Source of the DNA: Sedimentisphaerales bacterium
GTDB lineage: Bacteria > Planctomycetota > Phycisphaerae > Sedimentisphaerales > SM23-30
Direction of reading: 5' to 3'
Length of the DNA stretch: 64,000 bases
NCBI GenBank assembly: GCA_016934515.1
Contig: JAFGSR010000168.1
Location: forward strand, 31,875 to 95,874
Part shown: piece by piece, positions 18,776 to 28,465 of the stretch
Layout: each line of letters opens with the position of its first letter
Position numbering within the stretch: the stretch's first letter is position 1
Made by a program: the position numbers and the translations under genes
The notes under the pieces: generated by a model
The model's database searches: none
What the model saw: only the letters and a program-made list of their open reading frames with translations
What the model was told of the DNA's origin: nothing

Positions 18776-21121
18776 ATGCCCAGTAGCACCGGAGTACGGG
18801 CTGGTAAAGCCTACGTTGAGGTCTTTGCGGACGATAGCCGCTTAGTACGGGGGCTGCGTGCGTCTGAGCGGCGAGTTCGGATGTTCGGCGTGAAGATCCA
18901 AGCTATCGGTACTCAGATGATGGCGTTTGGTACAATGGCTGCCCTGCCACTAGCGGGGGCAGCCAAGGCGTTTGCCGACTTCGAGCAGCAGATGGCCAAT
19001 GTTTCGACGATGCTTGACGATCCTGATAAGTGGATGCCGAACTACAGCAAAGAAATCAAAAAAATGGCCAAGGACTACGGTGAGTCAACTGAGGCGTTGG
19101 CCGGTGGTCTTTACGACATACTATCTGCGTCGATTCCGGCGGAGCAGGCGATTAGTGTTCTGGATGTGGCGGTCAGGGCGGCGAAAGCGGGCATGACTGA
19201 CACGGCTACATCGGCGGATGCGATTACCACGATGCTCAATTCTTATGGCCTCTCTGCTGATCGGGCGGCGGATGTTTCTGATTTACTGTTCAAAGTGGTC
19301 AAGCGGGGTAAAACTACTTTTGCGGAGCTGGCTCCGTCGATTGGTATGGTGGCGAGTGTTGCTGCTTCTGCTAATGTTCCACTGGAGGAACTTGGAGCAG
19401 GGTTGGCGGTGATGACTCGAAGCGGTGTGAGAACTGAGCGCGCGATTACTGCCATGAACGCGATTATCATGTCTTTTTTGAAGCCGACCGATGAAGCTGC
19501 TGCGTTAGCCAAGAAGTTCGGTGTTGAGTTGAATTCGGCAACGATCAAGACTGAAGGGTTGCAGGGTGCTTTTGCAAAAATCGCTTCGTTGCCGCCTGAT
19601 ATAATCGCAAATATTTTCCCGAATGTCAGAGCGATTCGTGGTATCGTTCCGGCGTTGAAAAACATGACCGGCTTTGTCGAAGATTTAGGGCAGATGAAAA
19701 ACCGGGCCGGTGCTGCGGATGCTGCTTTTAAGAAGATGACGGCAACGCTGATGTTTCAGCTTAACAAGATCAAGCAGCAGTTTATTGCGGTGTTTCGAGC
19801 GGCGGGTCAAGCTCTGGCTCCGTCGATTATTGCTGTGGGTAAGGCGATTGGTAAAGCGGCGGATGCAACAACGGCATGGATTGGCAGGCATCGGGGATTG
19901 GTAACTGCTGTCGGGTTGACCGTTGCGGCTATTTTGACGATGGGGGCAACGATGCTGTTGACCGGCGTACTTATCAAGGCCTTGGCTTTCAGTCTGGGAT
20001 TTCTCGGTAAAGCGATTGTTGTGCTGAAAGTTACAGTTAAAGCATTTGTTCTGACGATGAAAATTTTAGGCAAGTCGTTGCTACTGTTTACTTCTCCGAT
20101 TGGCGTGGTTGTTGCTGCGGTTATCGGTTTGGGGGTCGCTTGGTTGATCGTAAGCGGTAACATGGCCAAGGCGATAGGGTGGCTGAGTAAAAAGTTCGGT
20201 TCGCTCAAGGATGATATGGTAAAAACTTTCGGCGGGATTGGCGATGCTTTGGCGGCGGGTGATTTGTCGCTGGCGATGAAAATCCTGTGGCTCATGCTGA
20301 AAATGGAATGGGCAAAGGGGATTAACGGCCTGAAGGTGTTGTGGTTTAATTTCAAATCGTGGATGGTTGACCGGTGGTATGACTTGGTGGCTGGTGCACA
20401 AACGGCCATGCACGGAATCGAAGTGGCATGGATCGAAACTGTGTCGTTTTTAAAAAAAACCTGGACAACTTTTTCAAAGTGGCACGCCTTGGCTGTGCAA
20501 TCCACGGCGGGGGCGATGGCAAAGGCATGGGAATGGGCTAAAAATAAAATGAGCGGCGGTACGGAAGAAGACTTACAATTCCGTATGAATTACATCGACA
20601 AAGATGTTAATGATGCGATAGATAAAATTAACAAAGAGTTCGATGATAAGTTAGCTGGACTTGAAACACAGCGAGAAGGTCAGCGCGCCGAGTCGAAAGC
20701 TCTGCATGAAGGAACGTTGGCTGCTATTGAGCAGGAGGCTCAGGCAAAGCTTGGCGAGATGCGAAAAGAGTTCAACGTTAAAAATGCTGCTAATATGACT
20801 GAGCTGGAGAAGGCCAAACAGGAGTGGCAGGCGGCGTTGGACGAAGCTCGCCAAAAGAGGGCGGCTCTGGACACCGGTGATGGTAAAGCTCCTGAAGGCG
20901 GCGGCATACAGGGTAAAATCAACGATGCTCTTGCCGCACTTGGGGGCGGGGTGGGTGCGGTGAAAAAAGGTTCGGTGTCTGGAACTTTCAATGCGTTTGC
21001 GGCGGCGGGCATGGGGACCGGCAACGCCATGGACCGAACGGCTAAGGCTACTGAGCAGACTGCGAAGAACACTGAAAACTTGTTGCAGGAGGCCCGGTTT
21101 GGCGGGTTAAAATTCACATGA
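18776..21121 (+). CDS. Tail tape measure protein (TP901-like core)
   Basis: FADFEQQMANV, GKTTFAELAPSIG; Ala-rich helical; hydrophobic centre. Confidence 0.93.
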   Translation: MPSSTGVRAGKAYVEVFADDSRLVRGLRASERRVRMFGVKIQAIGTQMMAFGTMAALPLAGAAKAFADFEQQMANVSTMLDDPDKWMPNYSKEIKKMAKDYGESTEALAGGLYDILSASIPAEQAISVLDVAVRAAKAGMTDTATSADAITTMLNSYGLSADRAADVSDLLFKVVKRGKTTFAELAPSIGMVASVAASANVPLEELGAGLAVMTRSGVRTERAITAMNAIIMSFLKPTDEAAALAKKFGVELNSATIKTEGLQGAFAKIASLPPDIIANIFPNVRAIRGIVPALKNMTGFVEDLGQMKNRAGAADAAFKKMTATLMFQLNKIKQQFIAVFRAAGQALAPSIIAVGKAIGKAADATTAWIGRHRGLVTAVGLTVAAILTMGATMLLTGVLIKALAFSLGFLGKAIVVLKVTVKAFVLTMKILGKSLLLFTSPIGVVVAAVIGLGVAWLIVSGNMAKAIGWLSKKFGSLKDDMVKTFGGIGDALAAGDLSLAMKILWLMLKMEWAKGINGLKVLWFNFKSWMVDRWYDLVAGAQTAMHGIEVAWIETVSFLKKTWTTFSKWHALAVQSTAGAMAKAWEWAKNKMSGGTEEDLQFRMNYIDKDVNDAIDKINKEFDDKLAGLETQREGQRAESKALHEGTLAAIEQEAQAKLGEMRKEFNVKNAANMTELEKAKQEWQAALDEARQKRAALDTGDGKAPEGGGIQGKINDALAALGGGVGAVKKGSVSGTFNAFAAAGMGTGNAMDRTAKATEQTAKNTENLLQEARFGGLKFT

Positions 21122-21888
21122 GTGTAACGGTTGAAGAACAATTTGGAAGTCCACAGGTTCGCAAAGATTCCGCAACTCGAAAGTATATTATTTCAGGTAC
21201 GGCTGATGAAATGGCAGCGGAGGCAGCCCTGCTTGCGGAGGCGCCGACTATTTACTTATATATGCCTGTGCAGGATTACGCCGTTGATCCGCTGACTAAC
21301 GATAAGTGGGTGGGGACTGTGCAGTATGGGGTGTTAGCTGTTGCTTTGCAGGACGAGGCCTTTGAGTTCGATACCACCGGCGGCACGAAGCATATCACCC
21401 AGAGCTTAGGGACGATAGGTGCTTACGCTCCGGCAGGTTATACGGCCCCGGACTATGGTGGGGCTATTGGAGTCAACGGCGAGGAGGTTCAGGGCGTTGA
21501 TATAACCGTGCCTGCGTTTAAGTTCAGCTCGCATCATATAATTGAAAATGCCAGTGCTAACGCTTTGGTTTATCGCAACTTGACCGGCTGTGTGAACAAT
21601 GCGACTTTCATGGGGTTTGCCGCCGGTGAAGTTTTATTTTTAGGGGCCAGAGGTGTCGAGCAGCAATCGCCGGAGTGGGGCGTTGATTTTCATTTTGCCG
21701 CCGGAGCCAATGCTACCAATTTAATTGTTGGTGACATTACTGTTCTCGAAAAATACGCTTGGGATTACCTGTGGGTTCGCTACGAAACTGAGGAGGACGT
21801 TGCAGCCGGGTCTATTGTTAAACGTCCGGTAGCGGCTTACACCGAGCGTGTTTATCCGTGGGCGAACTTTGGTCTTTTAGGGATTTGA
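21118..21888 (+). CDS. Distal tail/tail-tip protein
   Basis: ATGA overlap with TMP; FEFDTTGGT, FAAGEVLFLGA, WDYLWVRY. Confidence 0.65.
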   Translation: MSVTVEEQFGSPQVRKDSATRKYIISGTADEMAAEAALLAEAPTIYLYMPVQDYAVDPLTNDKWVGTVQYGVLAVALQDEAFEFDTTGGTKHITQSLGTIGAYAPAGYTAPDYGGAIGVNGEEVQGVDITVPAFKFSSHHIIENASANALVYRNLTGCVNNATFMGFAAGEVLFLGARGVEQQSPEWGVDFHFAAGANATNLIVGDITVLEKYAWDYLWVRYETEEDVAAGSIVKRPVAAYTERVYPWANFGLLGI

Positions 21889-21893
21889 GCATA

Positions 21894-23057
21894 ATGTTAA
21901 AGCGAGTACAACCCGGTGATCGTCTGGAGATTTCGGCTAATGCTTACAATGCTTTTGTTGATGCGGCTCAGGCTAATATTGATCGGCAGCTTAGCACTAA
22001 TTTCAAGGCGGCAACTGGCGGCACAGCTACATCGGTTGTTCAGGTGCGGAATAATTCCGGGGCGGCTTGTGTGCGGTTTGGGGTGCTGGCGATAGGCACT
22101 CCGGTTATCTCGCCAGATGTTGATCTGGTGAAATTCCAGAACGGCGAGATTGTTTTTGAGGGGTACGCTCCAAGTGATGCTGACGCTGGTTTTTTTGGGA
22201 TTCTTTTAGAGCCGCTGGCAGATGGCAAAATCGGCAAGGTGGTTATCTCCGGTCTGTGTCATTGTCAGATTGATGTGCAGGCTGAGTCTCACGATTATGC
22301 GGAGGTAGTGGATGGTGAGAGTGGCTATCTGCAAAGTAATGTTGTCGGGTCGGCAACGATTTTATGGAAAGAGTCGGGCACGGGAACTAAGTGGGCCATG
22401 GTCAAGCTGGGTGGCGGCAGCAACGGTAACGGCAACGAATGGGCCGATATTCCGGTAGTTAATAATTCAGCGGAAACGATCCCGGCATGTAGCTTTGTGG
22501 AGTTGTCTGGTTGGAGCGAACCGGATTTGGCGTTTGAGATTATTAAGCCGACCTCAAGTCATCTTGATTTGCATGAGTATGCGATTGTGGGACAAGAAAT
22601 AGCCGTAGGTCAGATAGGGAGAGCTTATTCTGACGGTTACGCTACGGTAAGTCTTAGTAGTGTGGCTCATTGTCCTATAGGCCAGATCATCGGCCCGGTG
22701 AAAAATTATTATTATGGCCATGGTCATCAGCAGGGTTGGCGGGTTGTAAAGTATGTTTCTACCGCTTATCCGTACACGGCGGTAGTTCAGTATGTGGGGG
22801 CGGCTTTTCCGAGATTGTTTGTGATTCACGACACCGAAGCAGAGGACGGCAAATATCAGATCAAGGAAAGGTTTTGGAGTATAGAAAACGACCGCTTTGA
22901 AGATATATGGTCTGACGATCCAGCAACAACTTATGGCCAGACTATTGAAACGTCTGGGCATAGTTTGTCGGTCGGTGATTATGTATATACTATAGCTCCT
23001 AGAAGTGCTACCGGTGTTTATCGGATTGCACTTTTAGATTATGCGATGTGGCACTGA
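21894..23057 (+). CDS. Tail-tip/minor structural protein
   Basis: Follows distal tail gene; repeated VRNNSG/VVNNSA units. Confidence 0.6.
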   Translation: MLKRVQPGDRLEISANAYNAFVDAAQANIDRQLSTNFKAATGGTATSVVQVRNNSGAACVRFGVLAIGTPVISPDVDLVKFQNGEIVFEGYAPSDADAGFFGILLEPLADGKIGKVVISGLCHCQIDVQAESHDYAEVVDGESGYLQSNVVGSATILWKESGTGTKWAMVKLGGGSNGNGNEWADIPVVNNSAETIPACSFVELSGWSEPDLAFEIIKPTSSHLDLHEYAIVGQEIAVGQIGRAYSDGYATVSLSSVAHCPIGQIIGPVKNYYYGHGHQQGWRVVKYVSTAYPYTAVVQYVGAAFPRLFVIHDTEAEDGKYQIKERFWSIENDRFEDIWSDDPATTYGQTIETSGHSLSVGDYVYTIAPRSATGVYRIALLDYAMWH

Positions 23058-24166
23058 TTATGGGTTTTTCTGTATTACCTTTAGATACCACCAATGACTC
23101 AGTTATTATTTCAGCGGCTTACAATGAGCTGGTGGATGCCACTAACGAGTTTGCCAACATTTGGGGTGGGCCGGATGCTTATACCAAAATCGAAAGCCCG
23201 CAAGTCATTGACCGAAGCATATTCTCTAGCTTGAAAAACGCAGCCAAGGTTAGAGCTTATAATTACGCCTACATTGCTGTTGACCCGCCGGATAATTTTA
23301 CAAGAGTTCCGTGGGCGGATATTTGTCAGGAGTTGTTTGGCACTAGTGATTGGCCGGTTCGTAGTGGCAACAAGCAGAAAATTATCAAGGCTGAAATGAA
23401 TGACATTTACGAAGTAATCTGCTGGTCAAATAATAAATGGTACAAGGGTGCTATTGCGGCGGGGAGTGGTTGGGGCAGACTGACAACGGGTTATGTATAT
23501 CAGCCGGAATTTGGCGAAGAACCGACCATTCCCCCGGAATGGGCTTATGATACCAGGGAGGCTGCTGCTGATGCTTATGATGCTTACATAGCAGAGCCAT
23601 ATATCACAACGGGAGGTTCTCCGTATGATAATTATTTTTACGGTGGGTCTTCCGGCACAACTTTTGTTTGGAATAATCCGTATGGTCCAGAAAAAAAATA
23701 TGCAGTCGTTACCGACGTTCCCGGTGGACGCACTAAAGACGAGCAGACCATTTGTCGTATCCTGACGCCAAATTGTGCGGACATTGCCAGTGTGGTAGCT
23801 GAGGGTGTTGTGGGAAATTATTACGGTTATTCCGTAGAAGGTCCCGGTATTTACGAGCCTAACGCTCACGCATGGTCAGCTCAGTTGTACTTTGGTACTG
23901 ACACGCCGCCAGACAACTTTGAGGAGTTTCGTGAATATGGTGTTGAATGGGGAATAGCTTCTGGTCTTGGCCAGCCAGAAGCAAATAAAGCTACTGTTTT
24001 GTTAAGTAACGAGATTCCGATGAATACTTTTTTGTTTGTTCGCGTTGCTGGCAGGGGTCAAATTTACGGCGATTTAGACGATGTTGCATGGGGCAATGTA
24101 ACTCCATGGCGAACATCTTTTTATGTGACTGATTTTTGGTTTCAGCTCCGGTGGGAATATAGCTGA
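23048..24166 (+). CDS. Last late gene, putative receptor-binding/structural protein
   Basis: 372-aa aromatic-rich ORF overlapping the previous gene. Confidence 0.55.
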   Translation: MALIMGFSVLPLDTTNDSVIISAAYNELVDATNEFANIWGGPDAYTKIESPQVIDRSIFSSLKNAAKVRAYNYAYIAVDPPDNFTRVPWADICQELFGTSDWPVRSGNKQKIIKAEMNDIYEVICWSNNKWYKGAIAAGSGWGRLTTGYVYQPEFGEEPTIPPEWAYDTREAAADAYDAYIAEPYITTGGSPYDNYFYGGSSGTTFVWNNPYGPEKKYAVVTDVPGGRTKDEQTICRILTPNCADIASVVAEGVVGNYYGYSVEGPGIYEPNAHAWSAQLYFGTDTPPDNFEEFREYGVEWGIASGLGQPEANKATVLLSNEIPMNTFLFVRVAGRGQIYGDLDDVAWGNVTPWRTSFYVTDFWFQLRWEYS

Positions 24167-24192
24167 GCCTGTCCGCTTGAGGACGGGCAAAA
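24167..24192. terminator. Hairpin after late operon; A-run suggests it terminates the minus-strand CRISPR transcript
   Basis: GCCTGTCC-GCTTGA-GGACGGGC followed by AAAA. Confidence 0.45.
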
Positions 24193-24194
24193 GA

Positions 24195-24258
24195 GTTACC
24201 AGGCTGCCCTGATGAGGGCATTGCCGGAAATCTACGCATCCGTCAGGGGGTGCATTAG
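24195..24258 (+). repeat. 64-bp direct repeat, left copy, flanking CRISPR-cas cassette
   Basis: 56/64 identical by hand alignment to 31906-31970. Confidence 0.85.
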
Positions 24259-24281
24259 CCCACGCCCCCGCATGGGGCGAC
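24252..24281 (-). CRISPR. Degenerate type I-C-like repeat (relic)
   Basis: Minus strand GTCGCCCCATGCGGGGGCGTGGGCTAATGC vs I-C pattern GTCGCnCCnnnnGnGGGnGCGTGGATTGAAAC; 33 nt from the terminal array repeat. Confidence 0.7.
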
Positions 24282-24314
24282 ATTAAGTTTCGGGGCAAGT
24301 GGATAGATTCCGGT

Positions 24315-25333
24315 GTTTCCATCCACCCCCACACGTGTGGGGACAATGACACAGCATCCCCCGGCACCCCTGGACATACGGTTCACCCCCACACGCGTGG
24401 GGACAATGCTGTCCACTGGTTTTACCAAACTCACACGCCGGTTCACCCCCACACGCGTGGGGACAATCACGCCTCGATAATCTTAATCAGACCATCTAAT
24501 CGGTTCACCCCCACACGCGTGGGGACAATTTGCCGTACCGCTTTGCGACTCCGCCGGATTCGCGGTTCACCCCCACACGCGTGGGGACAATTAAACGCTT
24601 CCGGAATAGTAATTGCGGGTATATCGGTTCACCCCCACACGCGTGGGGACAATGTAATTGTAGGGCTGCTGATTAAAGGCAACGGTCGGTTCACCCCCAC
24701 ACGCGTGGGGACAATCTCAAAGCGTGCATCCAACGCACAACAATTTACGGTTCACCCCCACACGCGTGGGGACAATGACGCCTTTTTAAGCCGATATTTG
24801 CGATTGCTGCGGTTCACCCCCACACGCGTGGGGACAATTATTTGCGGCGACTGCTTAGAGGTGATGAAAACCGGTTCACCCCCACACGCGTGGGGACAAT
24901 GAAACCCATCGGTCCCCGGCCCGATATTATTACGGTTCACCCCCACACGCGTGGGGACAATACACCGGGCGGGAAAGTTTTCCAGAGATATCGGCGGTTC
25001 ACCCCCACACGCGTGGGGACAATGCCTCCATCTACAACTGTAATCTCGAACCAGTCGGTTCACCCCCACACGCGTGGGGACAATTTGCATCTTTGACGCC
25101 TGAATCTGTGGATCTTATCGGTTCACCCCCACACGCGTGGGGACAATGGGTGTTCCGACCGCTAGCGGGCGTTCGTGTTTTCGGTTCACCCCCACACGCG
25201 TGGGGACAATGCCGGCGGCGTCCAGGTAGATATAAATATTGGCCGGTTCACCCCCACACGCGTGGGGACAATGTTATCAAAATCAAACAACAGCGCGGCA
25301 TGCTCGGTTCACCCCCACACGCGTGGGGACAAT
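24315..25333 (-). CRISPR. Type I-E CRISPR array: 16 identical 29-bp repeats plus 1 variant terminal repeat, 16 spacers of 31-34 bp
   Basis: Repeat (minus) ATTGTCCCCACGCGTGTGGGGGTGAACCG; + strand starts 24379, 24439, 24501, 24563, 24625, 24687, 24748, 24810, 24872, 24933, 24995, 25056, 25119, 25182, 25244, 25305; variant at 24315-24347. Confidence 0.98.
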
Positions 25334-25381
25334 ACCAAAGTATTGTATTTTTAGAACATAACAAACACAAGATATATACCT
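25334..25381 (-). promoter_or_regulatory. CRISPR leader (short, AT-rich)
   Basis: 48 nt between cas2 stop and first repeat; degenerate repeat lies at the opposite end. Confidence 0.65.
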
Positions 25382-25690
25382 TTATTTAACTTCTGAAGAT
25401 GATAAATTCTTTTTTAAAGATAATTTCTTGATTAGCGTGAGTCCCTCCATTTCAGTCAAAATATAACGGCTATCGCCAAGCGAACGCCATTGATAGCCCT
25501 GCGCACAGGGATAATCCCATATTTGTAAAATATAACCCTGCTTACGTTTTTCCACGGCTTTTTCCCAGAGGATATCCCGTATTCTGACCGTTGGATTACC
25601 CAGAAATACGCCGCTGATCGGTTCGATCAGCCATCGAGACAGCTCGCCCTTCAAGCTCGCCGGAACGTTCTGTAAGATCATCACTAGCAT
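25382..25690 (-). CDS. cas2: Type I-E Cas2
   Basis: MLVMILQNVPASLKGELSRWLIEPISGVFLG...RDILW; overlaps cas1 3' end. Confidence 0.93.
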   Translation of the reverse strand: MLVMILQNVPASLKGELSRWLIEPISGVFLGNPTVRIRDILWEKAVEKRKQGYILQIWDYPCAQGYQWRSLGDSRYILTEMEGLTLIKKLSLKKNLSSSEVK

Positions 25691-26501
25691 CGAGCACCTC
25701 CGCTATATCCGGTAAAATTTTTTGCATAAGTTTTAACTCCCGAATTTTTTCTCTACATAGCGTCCGTGCTCTGCGTTCCACTTCTATGGTTCTTTGGGCC
25801 GTCTGAAATGCCACCGGGATCACCAGATCCGTTCTGTACAGATCCGCAATATCATAGACAAAGCTGAGCATTTTCCCGGTGTGAATAAAACCGATAGCCG
25901 GAGAATAGCCCGCCGACAGAATCGCCGCATGACATATTCCATAAAGACATGCGCTGGCCGCCGAGAGCGAGCGGTTAACCGGATCGGCATAATCCCACTT
26001 ATCCTGATCGTAATTACGACCATCCCAGCGAATCCCCCAGGTTTTGGCATTTTCTTCATAGGCAGCCCGCACACGATAGCCCTCTTTACCCCGTAAGGTT
26101 TCCAGAGACGTATCTTCCGGAATGATTTCCGGAAATCGCTTCTGATACATTCGCCGGGCCACCGCCAAACGCTGCTTTTCATCAACATACAATCGGGCCT
26201 GTTGTAATAAACGGTGGCTGGAATGTGTTCCGCCGGTACCGTGGGCATAAAGCCGGGTGCCGTCCTGCCCCGTCCAACAGATCATACAGTTATTTCCCGC
26301 CAGCGCCTTAAAAGCAGCGTGCGTAACGGAACTGCCCGGCCCCAGCATCACCAGAGAAAGTTGATCGATGGGGATGGGCATTTTCCCGGATTTATCACTG
26401 AACGTCAGAGAACCGGCGGTCCGGTCCAGCTTGCCCATTTCCAGGTACAGATGACTCCAACGGTCCTGGAATTTGGGAATTTCATGTAAATTTCTCGCCA
26501 T
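25596..26501 (-). CDS. cas1: Type I-E Cas1
   Basis: LGPGSSVTHAA, LRGKEGYRVR, GYSPAIGFIHTG, FVYDIADLY; GGAGG before ATG 26501. Confidence 0.96.
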   Translation of the reverse strand: MARNLHEIPKFQDRWSHLYLEMGKLDRTAGSLTFSDKSGKMPIPIDQLSLVMLGPGSSVTHAAFKALAGNNCMICWTGQDGTRLYAHGTGGTHSSHRLLQQARLYVDEKQRLAVARRMYQKRFPEIIPEDTSLETLRGKEGYRVRAAYEENAKTWGIRWDGRNYDQDKWDYADPVNRSLSAASACLYGICHAAILSAGYSPAIGFIHTGKMLSFVYDIADLYRTDLVIPVAFQTAQRTIEVERRARTLCREKIRELKLMQKILPDIAEVLDASDDLTERSGELEGRAVSMADRTDQRRISG

Positions 26502-26594
26502 GTTTCTACCCTCCAAATAAAGATGCATCCAATGAATCCTTACTACTAGAAAAAGAAACGCCTATTCACTTACCAAAGAACCTCTCCCCCGGCC

Positions 26595-27365
26595 TCACTG
26601 CACCGGGGCAATCGATAATAATCCAAAGCCAAACGCCTTGCCCGGACCAATGCCCCTGACCAATGTTTCGCGAAAAGCATTGGGATTAATAATTTCAAGT
26701 ATGCCCTCGTATCGAGCGGATCGGAGCCGCTGTCCCTTTCCTGCCTCATTTGTTTTGTTCATATACACATATCCCGGCTGGATAATCATATCATCACCGA
26801 GAGTAAACCCACACTTTTCACCCTTATGAACCAGCCATTCAAAAAGCTCTTCATTTGGCACCGAAACGCGTTTTCCATGCCGTCCTTTCTTGGACGTCCG
26901 TTCCTCGCTTGTAAGTGACTGTTTTTCTTGCTTACTGATAGTATCGATCTTTTTTGTTGGATTCGCCATCAATCGAAAACGGAATCTCTGGCCATTCTCG
27001 ATCGATGGAGTATATTTTTTCACTTTGTATGGAGCCGCCAGAAGGAAACCGGCATTATGAAAGGCATAATCCCAATCCGGTTCAATAGCCGACAAGACAA
27101 GTATCACCACATTTCCAGCCGGTTGCGGATCAATACGAAACAGAAAACCGTTTTCCGTTCCACGCTTGACATGAACCTGCCCTTCGCCGAAATTCGTGGG
27201 ATTGTAGGGCTTGAGAAAATGTTCATCGTTCCGGACACGTTCTTTCGACGGAAACGCCATGCACAACCGCTGATGCACACGGTATAAATTCCGCAGCCAC
27301 AATCGTCCCGGTCGTGGACGATCGGGATTGCTCCCCGTATCGATGAGCAATGTCGAGATAAACAT
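26595..27365 (-). CDS. cas6e: Type I-E Cas6e (CasE/Cse3)
   Basis: YRVHQRL, FRLMANPT, C-terminal GIGPGKAFGFGLLSI G-loop. Confidence 0.95.
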   Translation of the reverse strand: MFISTLLIDTGSNPDRPRPGRLWLRNLYRVHQRLCMAFPSKERVRNDEHFLKPYNPTNFGEGQVHVKRGTENGFLFRIDPQPAGNVVILVLSAIEPDWDYAFHNAGFLLAAPYKVKKYTPSIENGQRFRFRLMANPTKKIDTISKQEKQSLTSEERTSKKGRHGKRVSVPNEELFEWLVHKGEKCGFTLGDDMIIQPGYVYMNKTNEAGKGQRLRSARYEGILEIINPNAFRETLVRGIGPGKAFGFGLLSIAPVQ

Positions 27366-28465
27366 TATTCCACCTCCTCTGCCGAGAGTCTGCGCCGCCT
27401 TGTCTGTATTGAACGGAACATGATTATTTCTCTCCGCTTCTTAATGATCTCGTCGCGCCATTGCGGCTCTTCGGGGTTGATGCGGTCCATGCCCATACCA
27501 AGACCATATTCGAGCATGGTGACGGCGTCATGGCAGAGTCGGCAAAGAGATCGCAAGTCGTCATGGGTTTCATCCCCACCCGCCCGTCGATATGTGATAT
27601 GTTGCACAGTGGTCGCCGGAGATTTACATAAAACGCATAAGTGATGGTCGTGGTCAAGCCGTTCAGATCGAGCTTGACGATAGGCGGAGTTGACATAGTT
27701 TGCCCTGGGCCGTGAGGGTGCTGGCGTATGGTGCTGAATCGGTTGCGACTCCAGAGCCACATCGCCATCCCTACCCACGTGCAGTGAACCGCCAATAACG
27801 AAGCGAGCTTCATGCGCCGGCGGGTCAAAACTCACAGGAACATCATACCAGATTTCCGCATCCGCAGGGGCTTCGGTCTGTGAGGCCGACGGTCGCCAGT
27901 CACAAAGGTAATCAAGCGTTTGCGGAGCGGCGTCCTGCCTGCAACGTTTGCGCCAAGGGACCGCTTTCAGAGCAGTGAGTACATCAGGATAATCACCGCC
28001 TTTGGACTCCAAAAGAGGACGCGACGGCGGACAAGATTTGCGGCCCAGATAGAGCGGCCAGCATGGCGCTGCCAAAGCATCTGAAAGTTTGCCAATCAAG
28101 AAAGGCTCGCCCTGTAGAACTACCAGAAAGGAGGCGTCGCAAAGATACTCCCGACGTGTGAGCATAGCGCCGGATTTAGATTCTCCCTTGGCTGTGCGCA
28201 TCTGCATTTTGGCTCCAACCGTGTGATAATCCCACCATCTAATACCAGCCCGGTCGATACGCACACCCATCGTCAAGGCGGCCAGTCTCGGCAACCATTC
28301 GACGGAGGCTTCGGCACGAGTGATACCTAACGCTGCACAGAGTATCCCGATAACCGCCGACTTGGTCGGGGCGGGTCCGGTTCGCCGCACGACGAATTTA
28401 CTTTGGTGATCGCCCCAGGCCTGCATCGGACCTTCGAGGCGAAGATAAATTGTATTTATAGTCAT
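27365..28465 (-). CDS. cas5: Type I-E Cas5 with C-terminal HNH nuclease domain
   Basis: LRLEGPMQAWG, PTKSAVIGILCAALG, YLCDASF, LYLGRKSCPPS, then CVLC..VQHITY..ETHDDLRSLCRLCH; ATG 28465 overlaps cas7 stop. Confidence 0.93.
   Translation of the reverse strand: MTINTIYLRLEGPMQAWGDHQSKFVVRRTGPAPTKSAVIGILCAALGITRAEASVEWLPRLAALTMGVRIDRAGIRWWDYHTVGAKMQMRTAKGESKSGAMLTRREYLCDASFLVVLQGEPFLIGKLSDALAAPCWPLYLGRKSCPPSRPLLESKGGDYPDVLTALKAVPWRKRCRQDAAPQTLDYLCDWRPSASQTEAPADAEIWYDVPVSFDPPAHEARFVIGGSLHVGRDGDVALESQPIQHHTPAPSRPRANYVNSAYRQARSERLDHDHHLCVLCKSPATTVQHITYRRAGGDETHDDLRSLCRLCHDAVTMLEYGLGMGMDRINPEEPQWRDEIIKKRREIIMFRSIQTRRRRLSAEEVE

Noticed and set aside
24209-24230. CTGATGAG...GAAA resembling a hammerhead ribozyme core
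   Set aside because: Stem II cannot form properly (no G-C closing pair before GAAA, ~1-nt loop), and the second copy of the repeat lacks CTGATGA
24962-24994. Possible self-targeting spacer against terminase (ACACCGGGCGG at ~7362)
   Set aside because: Only 11 nt match; no convincing self-match noticed by eye, though this was not exhaustively searched
24255-25389. ORFs spanning the CRISPR array
   Set aside because: Artefacts of the repeats (PTRVG/PPHAWG periodicity)
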